A DNA stretch of 64,000 bases from Tubulanus polymorphus. Its lineage: Eukaryota; Animalia; Nemertea. The stretch covers positions 17,568,210 through 17,632,209 of the forward strand of contig NC_134030.1 in assembly GCF_964204645.1 (NCBI RefSeq). Reading direction: 5' to 3'. How positions within the stretch are numbered: the first letter of the stretch is position 1; each line of letters begins with the position of its first letter. Below are positions 1 to 12,880 of the stretch, in pieces. The notes under the pieces were generated by a model that did not search any database, was not told the DNA's origin, and saw only the letters and a list, made by a program, of their open reading frames with translations. The translations under genes were made by a program, and so were the position numbers.

Positions 1-51
1 GATTTCTTTGCAGACTTTGGCTGCATTCGTTGAATTTCCGCAACAAAAAGT

Positions 52-348
52 TCATATTTTCATATTGGTGACATTTTTCTCGAAGAGAAAATATCCATCA
101 GGGAGCTCCACTGATTGCATTCGAAAATCACGTTTCTCATTTATCAAAAGCGATGGCGATTGTGTCTGCATCGTCAGACCAAGAAGATATTTGTACCTTT
201 TTCCATTTTCTCTTAAACGCGCGATTTTAACTTGAGGATAAAGTTCCTTGACTTTTTTCGTTAACTTTACTGATGAACATGGAATTAGTTTTAAAATATC
301 TTCGTATTTCAACTTCGAAAAATTGCTTTCTTTACAATTTTTCAGCAA
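52..348 (-). other. Possible exon fragment of a DNA-binding (winged-helix/RFX-like) or transposon-derived protein
   Basis: ORF 52-411 contains KLTKKVKELYPQVKIARLRENGKRYKYLLGL, loosely like an RFX-type wHTH; tttacag acceptor near 349. Weak. Confidence 0.2.
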
Positions 349-2759
349 CCTGTAAATTGTAAATACAGAGAAATGGGAAAATGCACAACTATGTATATAT
401 GGGTTCATCATTTATTACGTACGTGTGAGAGCATATTTTGTTACCACAATCAATTGCAAAGTTGTAGCTCATATTTAGTTGAATATTGAATTTGTAAGAT
501 TGTTGAGCAATTCAACCCCTTTCCAAGTGACCCCTAGTTTACATAATGATAAATGAATGATCCCCAACTGATCAAGCTAGTGCAGCGGAACTTTATATGA
601 TCTTTTGCGTGCGAAATAAATGAATGAACCCAAATCATACGCCTACTTGGTTCAACAGTTGTGACATTGACTGAATTGATTGAATGGATATTCATATTTT
701 CGAACAACAGTGGAATCCGAGTCGTGTATTATTTGAACCTGCAATAATTTTAAAAGTATTCGTGCAGGAAAGGAAACCAGCTGAGATAAAACCTGGTATA
801 ACAATACGTCCTCACTTGCCAGGGTTAGATTACCTGCTGATGAAGATCATGTGAACAGAAACGTGGCAAACACTGGTTTTCGATTTCGAATTGCTAGTTA
901 TCCAACTGATAAAACTAATTGGAAATTGGCTCGATGCCTGGTGGCTGCAAAGCGCTAACTTTTCCTTACAACTTAGGCCGTATAATGGATTAATGAATGA
1001 ACTGCAGCCACGGTTTGTGTTGGCATGAGCTTTAACAGCAGCAGGTGATCAAATCCTGGTAAGTGAGGATGTGGCATTGTTCTTATTGTCACTGGCTTTA
1101 TAGAATTTATAATTAGTTTTTATTTTAGCTCTGATGCATATGAAAATGTTACCATTCCAGGGGCAGGGTTAACAAATTTATAGAGTAATCTTTTTCAATT
1201 CTTGAATCTTTTCCAAGTGATTTCGATTTAAGTTTAGCCCTCAATTTGTAAAACCTGAGCCCCAGGCATAGGTCTATTTAATCATCAGACAGGTGGATGC
1301 GAAATCTTACCATTTCACGATTTGTGAATCACTAATGCAATTGCCGTTCTCCTTATTGTCCATTTTTAACCGTGGTGATCATTGATGGTACCTGATGATG
1401 AATGGATCATGTCAAAATAAGCTGTGATCATATAGAATTTGGTCATTGAGTTTGATGGCCTGTCTTCTTTATAGATTACATTACATTAAAAACTTGTGTC
1501 TTACAATAAAATGAAAATAAAGATATGAGAATTCTTGTGTTAAATCTTTTGATAAAACTTCAATGTATATAGGCCTACAGATCAAATGAGGATGCTGAAA
1601 GGTTGAGGAGTGGATTTCTCCATATCAAAGTTCAGGCCTACACGCATGGTAGCATGCTAATGTAATGCCCATGTGCTGAAACTTGGTAAAGTTGACTCGT
1701 CGTTTTCAAATGTTCATGGACTTGCCTCGGACACCGATTACTAGTGAAGTTTGAACTTGTTGGATACAACCGACCACCTCGTGCGCTGCGTCATTCCAAA
1801 ATCCCGTTTCGAATCCAACGGATTATTCAAAAGTGGCGCATGCGCAATAATAAAAATTAAAATCCCGAAATAGATAAAATAGACCGTCAGGTAGCGACTC
1901 CTGGCGTTACAATTGTAGTTACGTGTTCTCGAACGTAGGAGAGATCGTCTGAAGTATCAACGATGAAAACTATAACACGGAAAATATTTGAGAATAACTT
2001 TCATTCAAATGCAATTCTTAATCTATGAATTATATTATTGATCATAATTTATTCTTATTAAGTTATTAATTTCATATGAATCATAATTTGACAATGAATA
2101 TCGGTCGATGAATGTGTTGACTTTTCATGTTGAAGTTTTAAACATGATGACGTCATCAGGATGTCACGTGACTGTCCCAACATTCTGGCTGAAAATTTGA
2201 GTACAGCGGAGGCCTGGCGTTTCATCCCTTGTGATTTTATATAGTAAAGCGTGACGACCGTCTGATACTGACCCTTATCAGCCAATTGTTTATCGGAACT
2301 TGATAGCGGATAAATATACAACATTAACACAAGGTATTTCTGTGATATTTTGAATTTATTTGCAGTTCATATTTAGCGCCATTCTCGCGAGATTATTAAC
2401 AACCCGGAAGTAAAATCCAAGCAACCACATAGAAAACACGATCCAAGCCCATCGCCAAACCCCTGTGCTTGGTTCACATCTATTTTGTTTTTTTAGAAAA
2501 CATTAGGTTATGTTTTTTGTGTATTAAAATATCACATAATGAAGTATCCCTTCTGTAAGCTACAATAGGAGGTTCTTTGAATATTTAAGTTAGTCTTTCT
2601 GACTTTTGTAGGGTTTTATGTCCTTTTCTCAGAATTTTGTGCAACTCCGGTAAAGCTTTTGAATACGTCAGTGTTAGGGGTACACGATTTGTATTTTTTT
2701 CTACACCTTTATAATTCAGTAAACTATTACGATCAAGGGCTTCTGCTTTATTTATTCGT

Positions 2760-2920
2760 TTATCTATTAGGTTCTTGGGGTAACCCCTTGAGGTGAGATA
2801 AATAGTCAGTTCTTTTTTTCTTTTGAAAAAAGTGTTGTCTTCTGAACAAATACGTCTTAGATGCTAGACCATATGGTATGGCTTTTTTGGTTGTTTCTGG
2901 GTGACTGTCCGCAGTCCAAA
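2760..2920 (-). mobile_element. Penelope-like retroelement RT C-terminal fragment (degenerate)
   Basis: SHPETTKKAIPYGLAS, then a frameshifted RRICSED...YLTSRGYPKNLID, is typical of the Penelope-like RT thumb region. Confidence 0.55.
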
Positions 2921-3046
2921 GGGTTAGATTGATTGTTTTTAACCAAAGTCTTACTAATTTTGTTTTCATACGTGAAAATGATTTGTTTATCCAATAAAGG
3001 GAGAGAGTGACGAAACTTTTCCAAAACAGGTACATACGGAACTACA

Positions 3047-3361
3047 ATGAACTCTGAAATGTGTTTTTTATTTTCTGGAGGTTTAGAATTGAAGGCATAC
3101 CTTCACTTTTTTTCGTTTACTGCCAAATCAATCAAAATTGGTCTCGCTCACGGCCTCTTTCTCCGTGCACTACGGATCTGCGATAAAACCTTCCTTTCGG
3201 CTGAATTTGACCATATATCCAACTCTCTTAGAAAATTGGCTTACCCTGATCACATTTTGAAAATCGCTATTTCTAAGGCTAAACGTACTTTCTTCAATTC
3301 TAAACCTCCAGAAAATAAAAAAAAACACATTTCAGAGTTCATTGTAGTTCCGTACATGTGA
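3047..3361 (+). mobile_element. Penelope-like retroelement RT C-terminal fragment
   Basis: GLFLRALRICDKTFLSAEFDHISNSLRKLAYPDHIL matches the Penelope-like thumb motif (RAxRIC...E...L...YP). Confidence 0.6.
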
Positions 3362-5257
3362 TATTGATGGTTAAGTCGTCAATTCTAAAGATCACTTGAA
3401 GGTAATCTAGTGAGAGGCGAATGTGGAAGCTAGCTTATTATAGTTATTTGTGTTAACCGGTACCGGTGATAAATCTGTGTTGTCCTGTGTTGTGTGTTCG
3501 TCATATTGTGCTTTGACGGTGTATTGCATGTGGCGTGTGATTTATATAGTTTAGTATTGCTTGTGTGTTTCGTTCTGTCCTGGGCGAGGAGATCCGTGGA
3601 TGGTGAAACCAAAACTTTTTTTTTTTGTTTATGGTGGTGTAAGAGACTGATTTTAGTTTTGCGGATTGTTCGTTTGGTGTAGAGACAGAGACTCTTTTTT
3701 CTTTTTTATCTTTATTTCATTTGCTTAATTTGATTTATTTTGATTTATGCTGGTAGCTTCGTCGTCACGCCTCAGGTGACAGCTAAAACAAAGAGACTGG
3801 GGCGTGGTCACGTCTCAAGTGACGGTTCCTATTACCCCCGATAGATGGCAAACTAGTCGAGTCTGGCTGCTAACACTGAGTCAGCATGCTCTATAGAGAG
3901 CTCACAAGCTATTATATATACTCTACACACACAGGCAGTATGCACTGGTTGCCGTCGGCAACCAGGAATGTGCAGGTTGTGTCAGCTGTTTGGCGGGTAG
4001 TAACAGTGAATAGCGCGCGCCTGTATAGGTCAGTTGTCATCACCAATTACCTACTGCATTCACAAAATAAACTTATCACACCAGCCTCTATAGCAACAGA
4101 TGCCTTTAGAATTCTTTAGCATCTGATAAGAGAATAAAAGAGAGAGTAATTCAGTAATTTTCATTAGTTGCAAAGATGAATCGCTTCACAGCACATCAGG
4201 TCCACGATATTTTACTGAACTCCGACAACGAAAGCGCCTCTGATTTCGATGATTCTGACGACGGAAACCAAGATGTGAACCCACACGACATGAGCTCATC
4301 AGATTCTTGAGGAAACCCAAAGAAACCAAACAACTGAGAAATGATAACGAAATCAGCGAAAATTGAGCGATTTTCACTTTTTTGAGACCCTGAGGATTTT
4401 TTGAATTTTCTGACCCCCCAAAGAAAAAAATTGACTGCCCTGTATGGTTTTCTTGTTGTCCTATGATATTATGAGAGAAAATAGTTATTTACTATTTGAT
4501 TTGTATAAGATTTTGGCTTCTAAAGTACAATACAAAGACTTTTTTGGTGCGTGACCTCAACTTGACCTCAGGTTTTGGGGGGTCCTACCTTGCACCCCTA
4601 GGTTCAAACTTTTTATAACTTACATTTTCTGTTAGAGATACCTATTAGCTTCATTACAGATATCGGTTTTAGGGGGGTCTCTACAGTGGAAATGTATCTA
4701 AATTTACATAGAAATCATAAGACAATAAAGGCCAAAATTAATTCCCCACATGGAATGGATAATGATGAAATATATTCCCCCGGCGAAAGAGTTAAACTTG
4801 ATTATTTGGATTTGCTTGACAGTATGATTATTCAAGTGCATGTTGTAATCTTATGTTGCTTGGGTGGCTGAAATTTCAGTTGGAGTATTTTGCTTATGCG
4901 TAGAGGATTGCTCGATTACTGTCATAATTAGTTGTTTCCTTGGTTATTGATAATTAATTGCTTGCTTGACACCCAGGAGGTGATTTAAGTTTTTTTCATT
5001 TTGTAAAACGGAAAACTGTATATTTGTAAGAGGGTTCTTCCAGGTTATTATATGATTTGACCTGTGTTACATAATAGTTTTATAACTGGAGTTTCCCTCT
5101 CTTGGTCGTAAGCGTGGTAAGTGCTATAACAAGGTTGGTGAGTACCTGTGTTATGTGAATCAATGCTATCATTTTTGAAATTGGGGTTGTACAAACCAAT
5201 TCATTTGTGGGTAGTTAGCTCAGATAGTTCATACAGATAATCCAATTCAGTCCAATT

Positions 5258-6640
5258 ATGTCGTCGTTGCGGGCTGGCCATGTCGTCTCTGTTGGGTTCA
5301 TTGGTTCAGTGAGTCTGGACCGGGAGGTTATTCGAGCGGAGTTTCGCAGATTCGGTGAGGTTGAATTCGTTTGTGTATCTGGACAGACAGCATATGTTGT
5401 GTTTGTCAACGCCAGCTCAGCTAAAAATGCAGTTGCTGCAGAAATCGAATTTCAGGGTAATGTGGTGCAGATAGTGGTTGTGCCGTTGGACCAGTTATCG
5501 GATGTAGAACAACAAATCGCTGAAGCGCGTATAGAGGAGATCCTTGGTGGGTTAAACCCTACTTTACGTGGATCCGTTGTAAACAGATTTTCTTACGGGG
5601 ATGGTGCTGCTTCACGGAAGCGATTGGGGTTTGAACCGGTGAATCCGCCCAGTTTTGCGCCGTTCGAGGATCCGAGGCCGAAGGAGTTTGCTGAGTCGTC
5701 TAAAGGAAGACAAAATGTCGTGATAAACACTCCATCACGCCTCTGTACGTTTTCCGGTGAGGAGAATAAAACTGATGTCTCGTATCGGCAGTGGAAGAGT
5801 GAGGTGCGGGGTTTGCAGGCAGATGGTGTGTACTCGGATTCGCAAGTGGTGAATTTCATTCGTAGGTCACTGAAGGGTACAGCACGTGATTGTTTGTTGA
5901 ACCTTGAGGGTGAGTACGGGTCAGACTTGTCGTTGAACATGGTGATCAATCGACCTGTTTGGGGAGATTTTAACTGCTAGGCAATAATACGGAAAATTTT
6001 ATACAGCAGAGCAAGGTAGGGATGAGTCAGTGTGAATCTCTGGGCGTGTCGGTTGGAGGAGATACGGGGTCACACCCCTGGACAGATTGATGAGGCGGAA
6101 CTGAAGACGCAGTTTTGGCAGGGATTGTTTAACAGGCAGCTTAAACTTGGGCTGCGTCCGCTGTTGTTATCTCATTCATACCAGGAAATGGTGGTTGAGG
6201 CAAGGAAATTGGAGCAAGAGTTTGGGTTCCAACCTGAAGGTCGGAAGATTGCAAGCGTTGGGAAAGAGGCATCTAACCTTGAAAGGAATCTGGTGCCTAG
6301 GCAGCACCAGATGTACGCTGAAGGTTCGGGCCAACTTGTAAAGACCGTTGAATCATTGGTGGAAACCGTTAATGAACTGAAACGGGAGATAACAGCACTG
6401 AAGATTGAAAGAACCTCAGATTATCACGATCAAGGTGACATCGCGCAGGCACGGGGCCGAGGAATGGATAGAGGCGGAGCAATACGCGGCCGAGGTTATA
6501 ATAACCGTCCAGTTTCACGTGGCCGTCGCAGAGGATGTTTTAACTGCGGGGGGTTGGACCATTTTCAGCGAGATTGTCGGCGCACGGGAAACCGGTCGGA
6601 GCCTGGCCCCGGACCCATGGGCCAGGCCAGTCGTCGTTAG
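5258..6640 (+). pseudogene. gag: Gypsy gag: RRM-like N-terminus, PNMA-like capsid, RGG stretch and CCHC knuckle; frameshifted at ~5950-6030
   Basis: RLCTFSGE..SYRQWKSEV..IRRSLKGTARD (PNMA-type capsid); CFNCGGLDHFQRDC zinc knuckle. Confidence 0.85.
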
Positions 6641-9600
6641 TGGGTCCAGCTAATGAATCGGATATTGTCGTCAATAATCAGCCTTGTCGAGCATTGATTG
6701 ATACGGGGGCTCAGGTAACAACGGTCTCAAAGAGTTTCTTTAGTTCACTCGTGGATACGCAGCTGTTTCCTGTCAATGATTTTTTGGATGTGAAGACCGC
6801 CGGTGGAACTGAACTACCCTATTATGGGTGTGCAGGAGTTACGTTGGTAGTGGAGCACCAGATACTCGATGTTTTGGTTTTGGTGGTTGAAGATACTAGT
6901 TACAGTGAGTCGGTGCCTGTGGTGTTGGGCACTAACGTGTTACAGCATTTGCACGATGACAAGGGAGCTGTTGGATTGGCGAAACAATGTTTGTCAGCCA
7001 AACCTGAGCAGGTGCGTACGACGACGGAAATAACTGTACCGCCTATGAGTCAACTTAGCGTGCATGGGCTGGTACGTGGAGTATCGACGGATTCGAGTTT
7101 GGTGATGACTTGCTCGTCGGAAGAGGTTAACCTACCTGGGACCCTACTACTGGTACCTAGCATAAGTAAGGTGGCGGCAGTGCAGTGTAACCGTATAAGC
7201 GTGTGGGTAAGGAATATTGGATGTCGGCCTGTCACCATTCCTGCTCGGTCACCAGTGTGTAGCATTGAGGGTGTGCGTCGAGTGGAGCCGAAGCTGATGA
7301 ATAGTGATATTCCTCTGCAGCGACAGTGTGGTGCAATAGAGTCAGGAGCAGATGATAAGTTTTTTGACTTTTTCAACTGGGAAGGTTGCGAGACGACTCC
7401 GGGGCAGCTTCTCCGGTTAAAAGACGTTCTGCGGAAGCATAAAGGCATTTTTTCGGTCGCTGATGAAGATACTGGACGTGCTTCCGCGATTCGACATGAG
7501 ATCAATTTGACTGATAATGTACCGTTCAAGGAGAGATATCGACGAGTTCCTCCGCCCATGGTGAACGAGGTGAGGGATCACCTTAACATGATGGCGTCCA
7601 CAGGATTCATCCGTCCATCTTTTAGTTCATGGTCATCACCGGTAGTTCTCGTCAGGAAAAAGGATGGCGGTCTTCGATTTTGTGTGGATTATCGGACCCT
7701 CAATCGGAGGACCGTGAAAGATCGGCAGACTCTTCCCCGCGTGGATGAATTAGTTGAAAGTGTTGCCGGTGCCAAGTATTTCACCACTCTCGACCTGAAG
7801 GCTGGATATTGGCTAGTCGAAGTGAAAGAGGAGGATAAGCCGAAAACTGCCTTCAATGTCGGGCCGGGTTATGGATTTTGGGAGTTTAACGTGATGCCCT
7901 TCGGGTTGACAAATGCACCGTCAACGTTCCAGCGCTAAATGGAAAGGACTCTGACTGGCGGATTTAAACCTCCGTGAATGTCTGGTTTTCATCGATGACA
8001 TACTTATTTTTTCGGACACATTCGAGGAGCATGTTTAGCGGTTGGAGCATGTGTTGGATCGTCTTGCTGCTGCAGGACTGAAGTTGAAACCCTCAAAATG
8101 TGAGTTTTTACGGTCAGCAGTTGTTTACCTCGGGCACAGGATCTCTGAAAAGGGAGTTGAACCCGATCCAGCGAAATTAAGTGCTGTGAAGGATTGGCCG
8201 GCCCCTAGAACCGTAACTGAAGTGCGACAATTCCTGGGGTTTTCGGGCTATTATAGACGCTTTATAAAGGACTATGCCAGAGTAGCTGCTCCGTTAACGA
8301 AATTGTTAACGGGAGTCACGAATCTTAAGGGGAAACGTAAGACAGCGGAACGGAGGATTGAGGTACAGTGGGGACCGGATGAAGAAAACGCATTCACGAG
8401 GTTGAAGGAGATGTTGACGTCAAGCCCCATCTTAGGGTTCGCAGACTTTAATAGACCCTTCGAGCTTCATACGGATGCAGCTCATGATGGATTAGGCGCG
8501 ATCCTATACCAAACAGATGGAAAGGGAATAAAGAAGGTAATCGCTTACGCAAGTAGAGGATTGAATGCTTCAGAGAAGAAGTATCCTGCGCACAAGCTTG
8601 AGTTCCTGGCTCTGAAATGGGCGGCGACGGAAAAGTTCCACGATTACTTGTATGGTAACAAATGTTGTGTCCATACTGATTCGAACCCCATGTCTTATGT
8701 GTTAAAATCTGCGAAACTGGATGCCACGGGACATCGCTGGCTACAGGCTTTATCAGTGTACGATTTGGAACTCGAATACCATAGTGGCGCTAATATGCGG
8801 GATGCAGACGCGCTGAGTCGAAGTCCATTAAATCGGATCACTGCTGACGTCTTTGCAGCAATTTGTACCGTAAGTCCGTCAGTCCCTGTGACGAAAGCCG
8901 GAGGGGTAGCAGAGGTAGACATGCGAAAATTGCAGGAGCGAGACCCGACTATTCGACGCGTTGTTTCTTGTTTAAGGACCAAGACAAGATTCCGGCCAGC
9001 TAAGCCATTGGAGTACGGGATCTGTCAGGTTTTTAAGTCGCTGGAACTTCTGGATGATGTTTTGTACCGCAGAGTTGTTGAAAATGGAGTGTCAGAGCTG
9101 AAAGTTTGGTTGCCCTAATCGGAGAGGGTGGAGATGCCTGACTGTTTGCACGATTGGTTGGGGCATCCCGGCCGTGACAAACGTTGGCGTTATTGAGACG
9201 AAGATGTTATTGGCCCGGAATGAAATCCGACGTCGAGGAATATTTGAAGAGATGTAAGCGCTGTGTGCTGCTGAAGGCTTCGACGCCTACACAAGTTGCC
9301 CCGCTGGTCAGCATTGAGACATCGTACCCCATGGAGTTCCTGTGCATTGATTTTTTAACATTGGAGCCGAGTCAAGGTTTCGAAAAGGTGCTTGTTATGA
9401 CCGATCATTTCACAAAATTTGCGATGGCTATTCCGACTAAAAATGAGACGGCTAGAACGGTGGCTAAGTGTTTATTCAACGAAGTGGTGCTGAAATTCGG
9501 AGCGCCTGTTCAACTTCATTCGGATCAGGGGCCTGCCTTCGAAAGTCGTGTGATCAAGGAGTTATGCGAGTTGACCGGTATGAGGAAAACCCGAACTACA

Positions 9601-10140
9601 CCGTATCACCCTGCGGGCAATGGTGCTGTGGAACGGTTTAATGGTACGTTGATTCGACTACTGGGTAGTTTACCGCCCGAGGAAAAGAGAAACTGGCGGA
9701 GGCATATTAATGCATTGGTGTATGCGTATAATTGCATACCCCACGAGTCGACAGGCTTTGAGCCATTCTACCTTATGTTCGGAAGAAGACCCAGACTGTC
9801 AGTTGATAAGAAATTTGGTTGGAGTAATGAAGAAAGTGTGACGTCGACTACAGAGTATGTGAAGCAGATGGAAAATCAATTGGAAGTGGCGTGGAATTTG
9901 GCAGCAGATCACTTGTCTAGGCAAGGGGATAGACGGAAAGAGTTATATGACAGGAGAGCTAAGAGTGCAGAATTAACGCCCGGTGATATGGTGTTGGTCA
10001 AGCGTGAAGGATTCAGGGAACGACATGAATTAGCTGACCGCTGGGAATCGGTGCCTTATATCGTAGAAAGCAAGGTAACTGGAGATGTACCTGTTTACGA
10101 GGTAAAAAGAATTGAAGATGGGGGTAGGAGGATTCTGCAT
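5258..10140 (+). mobile_element. Ty3/Gypsy LTR retrotransposon internal region, degenerate and 3'-truncated; LTRs not identified
   Basis: gag followed by PR-RT-RH-IN domain order; several stops and frameshifts; sequence switches abruptly to an unrelated AT-rich repeat at ~10141. Confidence 0.95.
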
Positions 10141-10173
10141 AGTGAACCACAGCTAGATTTTCGTAGTATTTGA
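6574..10173 (+). pseudogene. pol: Gypsy pol (aspartic protease, RT, RNase H, integrase), disrupted
   Basis: ALIDTGAQVT; LDLKAGYW; MPFGLTNAPSTFQR then TAA at 7936; LVFIDDILIFS at ~7982; LHTDAAHDGLGA; HSDQGPAFES and GAVERFNGTL integrase core. Confidence 0.95.
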
Positions 10174-10199
10174 AAATGTTTCGTAGTATTTAGAAATGT

Positions 10200-10915
10200 T
10201 CTTAATGTTGTTTCCGTATGCGTGGGGGTTACGTTAAAGCCGTCAGACAAGAACGTACTAGTAGTAAGAATTACGAAAGTTCTTGTTTGATGCTTTCATC
10301 TACCAACGCAAACCATAAATCAGTCTATAAACAACAATTCTTTCTCGGTTCTTCTGCTGTGAGATCTGGCAAACAATCAGAAAATCTTTATATAAAACTT
10401 TTAAATAGTTGGAACCATATTTGGTTGGGTCGGAACAATGGAGTGTATTTATAATGAGGCTCGTGAAGGGATCACGCTGATACTTGATGATATTCCCGGC
10501 TACTTTCCGTAAAAGGAAAAACCGGAAGTTTAGGAAGATGTGGTTGTTTTGTATTAAAATAGAATTAGTTAAATTGTAGATAAAATAATTAGTATAAGTA
10601 TTTCAAATAATTTAAGAATTGATAATCAATCACAATGTATTCCGAATCGTAGTTAATTATAATAATTAAAAAAAGAAACAAATAATCGCTAATGTTTTAG
10701 AAAAATTAATTTGTGTTAAATGTTAAAACTAGCTGTCTGAAGTTTCTGTTGTCTGTATACGCTCGTTGGTAATTCACAGACAATAGCTGCTCTCTCAACA
10801 ACGACTAGCAAGGAGTGAGTAAATCACAACGCGTCATGACAGGAGGGTTGGAAGAAAAAGTTTATATCAGCAAATCAGTTTCTAAAAAACCTTTAGATCA
10901 GCAAATCAGTTGGGC
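10200..10915. repeat. Dispersed non-coding repeat, copy 1 (copy 2 at ~58500-59230)
   Basis: Shared blocks tttctcggttcttctgctg..atctggcaaaca, ggtcggaacaatgg and gcaaggagtgagtaaatca..cgcgtcatgacaggagggttggaag. Confidence 0.8.
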
Positions 10916-11310
10916 TAAATTTTCCGTAACTAAAAACGGTCATGACAGTTGGGTAGCTGCTCCTTGCCAAAAAGCGGAAGACCCTGCGTGGGAGAATCGG
11001 AATTCTGAGAATGCCGGTTCTTTCTACAAAAGGGGGCCGCTATCGAGAGAGAGGGGAGAATCTGTACCTTAGTAAGACGAGTGTCGACAGCAGGACAGGA
11101 GAAGCTTCGGAACGATAGGGATTCATATACAATAGGGATTAGGAAAATCATTCTTTGTTCAAGGTAAATAAAATATATTATCTTCAAGATTATCATCCGG
11201 TATTTCAATTTATTCATTCGGATTTGTGCACGGACACGTTCTCTCGCCAGGGCCTTACTCAAGTATTTTATAGATAACGATTAAAGAGAGGATCGTGACC
11301 GGTGTATCAA

Positions 11311-11980
11311 TACAATACAGTGTTACCTCCGGGCTTTTTGACCAAATATGGCAGGTATGTAGTATCTAATAGCTCCACTAGGGGGCATTTCTGCGAGGAC
11401 GCCCCCTATATTCTCTATAGAAAGGTTCTGAAGAGTATTATTTATTTGACAGTTTTTTGCGAAAGCCTCACGGTGCAATGTATTTTACCGGTAGTGAAAC
11501 GGCTAAGGAATGGATGTGTACAATGGAAGGGGCGATCCAGTCCGGTGAACGCGCTGCTCTTGAGGTCAGTATCTGTGTGTCCTTCAAATAGTGTTACTTT
11601 CAGCATCCATCCGTCCTTCAAATAGTGTTAGTTTCCTCATACATCCTTCAAATAGTGTTAGTCTGGTAATGAATCGTTTTCACGTTCTGATTTCGGACGG
11701 TGTTAATGAAGAGATCGACCAGGATGAACCGGCTCCACCTACACGGGCTGTAACCGTGGATACGTTACCGATTGTTGAGTTTCAGAGATCGTTACCAGGC
11801 ACGAGTTTCCTTCGTCCATTCCTCGTGTTTATCCTCATGAGTTGGATGCTCGGAGGAATCGTCTGGTGTTTCGTCAAGCGATTTCTACCGTTCGTTTCTT
11901 CAGATTCTAACGATACCTCGTCAGCGTCGCCGCGGCAACTGTCTTCAACAATCGACCGAAGCAAAAACGAAAAAAAGTGA
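11311..11980 (+). pseudogene. Orphan 3' end of a monoamine oxidase-like (flavin amine oxidase) gene; exons ~11311-11354, 11453-11564, ~11666-11980
   Basis: YNTVLPPGFLTKYG / FLRKPHGAMYFTGSETAKEWMCTMEGAIQSGERAALE / EEIDQDEP..FQRSLPG plus a hydrophobic tail mirrors the MAO C-terminus (PPG..TQYG..FAGTETA..MEGAVEAGERAA..EPES..ERHLP + membrane anchor). GT donors at 11355 and 11565, AG at 11451-52, AATAAA after the stop. Confidence 0.8.
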
Positions 11981-12614
11981 ATAAAATTCCGTCCGTAAAA
12001 ATCAATAAACACAATATATACATGTGTGTATAATAGATATCAGCTTTCTACTGTATTTCAAAATGTGCCCGATAGGGGGAGCCACTCTATAAAACTACAA
12101 TAGCCGCAGTTGCTCTTATGTTGCTTAAGAGTTAACAGTGGATAGTTGACATAGTGACAAAGTTTATTGTTACTATGGTATTTACCCGCCGGTTATCATT
12201 AACCAACTTTTCAGCAACTGCAGCCCTCGGGCGCTAAACCATTAGGGGTGGAAGGACTCATCTATAGCCATGAGGTGAGCGCAGGGCCCGGTAGGGGAGG
12301 GGGGTGTTCCCAGGGACCAATCTTGAAGAACATGCCACATCCAAAAAGGATGATATCCAATATTATGCGTAATCTCGTAATGAAATGCATCAATTATCAT
12401 CTTTTTCGACAAAATGTAAAAGAGCGCAAAAAATGCTTTCATTTCAATAAAATGTATTTATGCTTTTATTTTAACCGTTAGTCACATGTTTATGCTTCCG
12501 GCCTATTCTTGATAATAATGTATTGATTATAATTTTGCTGCTGAATTAATTATAATTATTTTGCTGATGACTCGTTTAGTTTTTAGCCCACTTGAGACTT
12601 TAGTCCTAGCGGGC

Positions 12615-12880
12615 TTTTGTGTGGGTTTAATTTTACTCTTAACTCAGTTCCACAGTTGTGTGAGTTTGATTGCATCCAGTTCCACAGTTGTGCCGGCTTA
12701 ATTTGATTCTGAACCCAGTTCCACAGAAGTGTAGATTTGATTTGACTCTGGATCCAGCTTCACTGTTGTGCGGGTTTGATCTGACTGAACCCAGTTCCAG
12801 AGTTTGGTGGGTTAAATTTGTCCCTGGATTCAGTTCCACAGTTGTATGAGTCTAATTTGTTTCTGAATTCAGTTCCACTG
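12615..12880. repeat. Degenerate tandem array of ~38-bp 'cagttccacagttgtgtgggtttaatttga' units
   Basis: Repeated cagttccac..tgtg..tttaattt units; same family as 17906-18395, 19495-19765 and the MITE at 25447. Confidence 0.75.

Noticed and set aside
3360-5250. 5' LTR and primer-binding site of the Gypsy element
   Set aside because: No matching 3' copy in the window and no convincing PBS, so boundaries cannot be supported.
5593-8982. Antisense ORFs over the Gypsy element
   Set aside because: Shadows of the coding strand with no motifs.
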